Assembly (NCBI RefSeq): GCF_009914755.1
Contig: NC_060938.1
Strand: one strand, 5' to 3'
From: the human T2T-CHM13v2.0 reference genome, Homo sapiens
Length of the DNA: 64,000 nucleotides
The position numbers were made by a program, and so were the translations under genes. The number at the start of each line of letters is the position of its first letter. Within the stretch, counting starts at the first letter, position 1. Positions 60,126 through 64,000 of this stretch are shown here, in pieces. The notes under the pieces were generated by a model. The model made no database searches. It was given only the letters and a program-made list of their open reading frames with translations, and was not told the DNA's origin.

Positions 60126-62072
60126 TAGAAAGATCACCCACAGGCCCACAAGTGTCCGAGGGCTCAGCCACCATGTGGGTGTGGACTGCGGCCAGTTGTC
60201 TGCCCCAACCGGGCCCGACACCCTGAGCTGGTCCAGAGGCTCCCGGCCCTCAGCATCTGTGCATCCAGGTGTGGGTCTGGGTACACACGCTCAAGCCCGT
60301 GCACATGGTGGTGGGATGGGTGCGAGCAGACGTGTGTGCGGATGAATGTGTGTACGTGTACACGCGTACTGGGTGTGCATGAATAGCGGCCATGTAGGAG
60401 GGTGTGGTGTGCATGGAAGGGCACTCACAGGTGTGCACAGGCACACGTACGTAAGGGCATTATGCATTTCTCTGTGGATGGTCACATGCCTGCACACGTG
60501 TGCCCCTGAGGCTGCCAGCTCCGTCCTCTCTCTGGCTGGCTGACTCTAGCTCAGCAGCCAGCAGCCAGCAGCCAGCAGCCCACGTGGCCCTCAGCCCCTG
60601 CCCTGCCCTCCCCTCTGGCATGCGGGCAAAGGTGACTTGGACTTGGCAGAGGGCAGGAAACTCCAGGAAAGCTCTGTGGCTGCATGAGTGGGCCGAACCC
60701 GCCCACTATGCCCCACCTGAAATTGGGCAGGACATGCGCGCTTCCTGCCCACTGGCCCTGAGCGGTATGTGCTGAGCTGGGGTAGGTGGGTGAACAGAGG
60801 GGCCTGGCTGGCCTTGGGTCCTGGCCCTTGGTCCCACAAAGTTCCCAGTACACAACACCAAACTCCACACTAGGACAGGGGTCCAGGATGCTCCAAGGAT
60901 GCCCGGGCATACGTGTGCACTCATGGATGCACGCACACTCACATGCAGATGTGCTCCATCCCCACAAAGGGCCGGCCCCTGGCTGGTGCACGCCAAGCAC
61001 AGTGGGGGTACACGAGAGGCCTGCGGACTGTGGAAGGCTGGGGAAGTTGGGGTATCCCTGGCAGAGACCACGGCGGCTGGCTGCCAGTCACACTCCCAGC
61101 CTGAAGTAGATCTTACCACATCTGGGGACAGCCCCGGGCCATGGGAGAACCTCCAGGGCTCTGCCCCTCCAGTGCCAACAGAGGCTCCCCAGGGCCCAGC
61201 TCTGCTTACCCAGGGTCCTTGGGGTTCCTTGGTCCTGTGCCCCTCCCCCGTGGGGCCCGCTGCTGCCTCTGCCCTTGCAGAGCCTCAGACGTGTGGTGGG
61301 AGGCCAGGGGCGGGGAGAGGCCATGCAGGTGCCCCCTCCCACCCCAGCAATGCTCCGGCTTTGCAGCCCTGAGCCTGCTGGGGGACCCCTCCCCAAGGCA
61401 CCAGAAGAGAAAGAGGCCGCCCAGGCCAGCAGCCGGAAGGACCGAGCCCCAAGTAAAACATCCAGCCAGCCTCCACGAGGACACACTGCCAGGGCTGGGG
61501 CCACAGCCTTCTGCAGCCCCGACTCCCACTGCCGCCCTTGAGGCCCTGCCCCTGCTCTTGGCAGCTCTGGGCAGATGCCAGCCTGCCTTGAACACTCAGC
61601 CCAGGCAGGCAGCTCAGGCCAGTGGGGAGGGGAGTGTCTGGCCCCCTCTGCCACACAGGGAGCAGCAGCTGGGCTGGACCTGCCTGGGGCCCGACTCTGA
61701 AGCTGCCAATCCGCCCACCTGCTGGTGCCCCCAACCTCGCTCCAAGCCACAGGGTAAGGCTCTAGGCGCCCACCCAGCATGAGGCAGCCAGCTGCAGAGG
61801 GTGCTGGCCACACTCGCTCCTCTTCCCCTGCTCCTCAGCACTAGACAGAGGCTGCTGGGTCATCCGCTGTCAGCTGTGCTGGACATGGGAACTGCTCCCT
61901 CTGGCACTTGGAGTCTCCTGCAAAGCACCTGCGCTCAGGAAGGCCTGGAGACAACCAGCGCCCCTGCAGGGACTTGAGGAAGCCAAAGTCAGGGGCACAG
62001 ATGCCCGGCCTGTCCCTCCCCTGGCCAGCGTGGTCCACACCCATACGGCTGGACCAAATGAGCATGGGTCAA

Positions 62073-62812
62073 GATTGTGGGCAGGCATGGCAGCCCCTCT
62101 ACAGTTGGGGTACAGGGATTGTGGGCAGGCATGGCAGCCCCTCTACAGTTGGGGTACAGGGGTGTGGGCAGGCATGGCAGCCCCTCTACAGTTGGGGTAC
62201 AGGGATTGTGGGGAGGCATGGCAGCCCCTCTACAGTTGGGGTGCAGGGGTGTGGGCAGGCATAGCAGCCCCTCTACAGTTGGGGTACGGGATTGTGGGCA
62301 GGCATGGCAGCCCCTCTACAGTTGGGGTACGGGATTGTGGGCAGGCATGGCAGCCCCTCTACAGTTGGGGTACGGGATTGTGGGCAGACATAGCAGCCCC
62401 TCTACAGTTGGGGTACAGGGATTGTGGGGAGGCATGGCAGCCCCTCTACAGTTGGGGTGCAGGGGTGTGGGCAGGCATAGCAGCCCCTCTACAGTTGGGG
62501 TACGGGATTGTGGGCAGGCATGGCAGCCCCTCTACAGTTGGGGTACAGGGGTGTGGGCAGGCATGGCAGCCCCTCTACAGTTGGGGTACGGGGTGTGGGC
62601 AGCATGGCAGCCCCTCTACAGTTGGGGTACGGGCTGTGGGCAGACATGGCAGCCCCTCTACAGTTGGGGTACAGGGATTGTGGGCAGGCATGGCAGCCCC
62701 TCTACAGTTGGGGTACAAGATTGTGGGCAGGCATGGCAGCCCCTCTACAGTTGGGGTACAAGATTGTGGGCAGGCATGGCAGCCCCCTGCAGTTGGGGTA
62801 CAGGGGTGTGGG
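62073..62812. repeat. 42-44-bp VNTR, ~17 copies
   Basis: GGGATTGTGGGCAGGCATGGCAGCCCCTCTACAGTTGGGGTACA. Confidence 0.95.
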
Positions 62813-64000
62813 GCGTGGCCCAGCTTGTTCTCTGGGTCAGGGAGTGAGGTCACTGGGCAGACATCCCTAAGGACTTGGCAAGGAGCCCAGAGGCGGCAAA
62901 GGGTCAGATCTCGTGCCCCACCCTCCAACTCTGGCTCAAGGGGATTCCTCCAGGGGGCTCTCCCCACCCCAGCTCCATGGGCTGCAAAGAAGGAGCCATC
63001 CAGGCACAGAACAGCTGGACCAAGACAATGGAGCTCAGGGCCGGCTGTGGTGGAGCCTCGGGCCTGACCCAGTCCTGAGCCCCACATGCCCCACCCCCTC
63101 GCTCTATGGAGCTGTGCAGACCACTTCTCCCGGGCACCCCCAAAGGTGGACACATGCTCTGACAAAGTCCTGGAGCCCCCAGGACCACTGAGCCCCCAAC
63201 TGGCTGTTCTCCAGTCCTGTCAGGACTGTAACGTGGTATCCACGGGGTGGTGGCGGCCACCAAACACCAGGTTCCTAAGCCAGCTCGTAACAGCCTCGGA
63301 TGGCCCTGCTCTGAGCAGGCAGCAGGAGGCGGCGGTGGCTGCTCAGGGCTGGGGTGTGCATGCCTGGCAGGCCCAGCCCGGAAGGCAGCATTCAAGGGGA
63401 CAGCTAGCAAGCTAAGAATAGTGATGCGGGGCTGAGAGGCTGGGCTCCCCCTTCCCCGAGGCTGCAGCATGGTCTGGTCCTGGCACTGGGAAGGGCCCAG
63501 GCAGAACCTGCCCAAGGTGCTGCTGGACATGCTGGCAGGCCCCGTGCAGCTGCAGCGTCACAGCTGGCCAAGCACTGCTTCAGGCCTGTCAGCGTCCAGG
63601 CTGGGAGATGTGGCCCCTAAGCCACCTACGGGACTGAGCAATACAGACCTGAATGCCCAAACCCGCGGTTCAGGCCAGCACCCAAAAGCACCTGGCCACT
63701 ACGGCTGTCTACTCCCGGGCCGCAGCACCTCCGCACCTCGGCCACCCAAGTGTCTGTGCAGCACAGGTCCCCACGGCTCCAGGACCCGGATGCTGTGTTC
63801 CACACCGCACCCTCTCTGGGGAAGAGTCTTTCCGCCACCAGCCCAGAGATGTCCCACCTCCCCTCCAGCCATTGTGGGGCTTGACTCTAGCACACTGGTC
63901 ACCGCCTGGCCCCGCTTGTGCTCCTCAGCCCCAAACCCCAGCCATCCTCTCCCGCGCCCCAGCCCCCGAGCCCCACCCCACCCTCCCCCTTCTGTGATAA

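Noticed and set aside
47946-62812. Regularly spaced repeats resembling CRISPR arrays
   Set aside because: Head-to-tail tandem units without unique spacers, no cas genes, and human genomic context
62030-63067. 345-aa repetitive ORF
   Set aside because: VNTR translation with frame drift between 42-44-bp units
53000-64000. Possible exons of the next gene (BRF1 is expected further right)
   Set aside because: No recognisable coding exon or convincing minus-strand polyA signal in the window

Overview
Human (primate) GC-rich genomic DNA, recognisable as the JAG2-NUDT14 locus of distal 14q32.33. Two protein-coding genes lie on the minus strand. JAG2 (Notch ligand Jagged-2) has coding exons 1-24 at 24345 down to 790; all are GT-AG and join in frame to 3084 nt, and the last two exons (TM and cytoplasmic tail) lie left of the window. 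NUDT14 (UDP-glucose pyrophosphatase) is complete: 5 exons, 37103 down to 28946, 222 aa, with AATAAA at 28880-28885. JAG2 intron 11 is the 87-nt mirtron MIR6765. Both genes have CpG-island promoters. From about 37.6 to 64 kb I recognise no coding exons, only Alu, L1M and MLT1 relics, a long TG-rich tract, several large minisatellites and an orphan CpG-rich element. Most long ORFs in the track are GC-content or tandem-repeat artefacts, and I cannot support a wholly new gene system here. The best leads are regulatory: (1) an exact PRDM9-A 13-mer beside a JAG2 intron-2 minisatellite carrying repeated p53/p63-type half-sites; (2) a paired uORF plus overlapping ORF in the JAG2 leader; (3) a splicing-control module around cassette exon 10; (4) a 60-nt hairpin filling intron 16; (5) a candidate intronic polyA site giving soluble JAG2; (6) a hidden bidirectional promoter-like element in NUDT14 intron 4; (7) inverted Alus bracketing NUDT14 exons 2-4.
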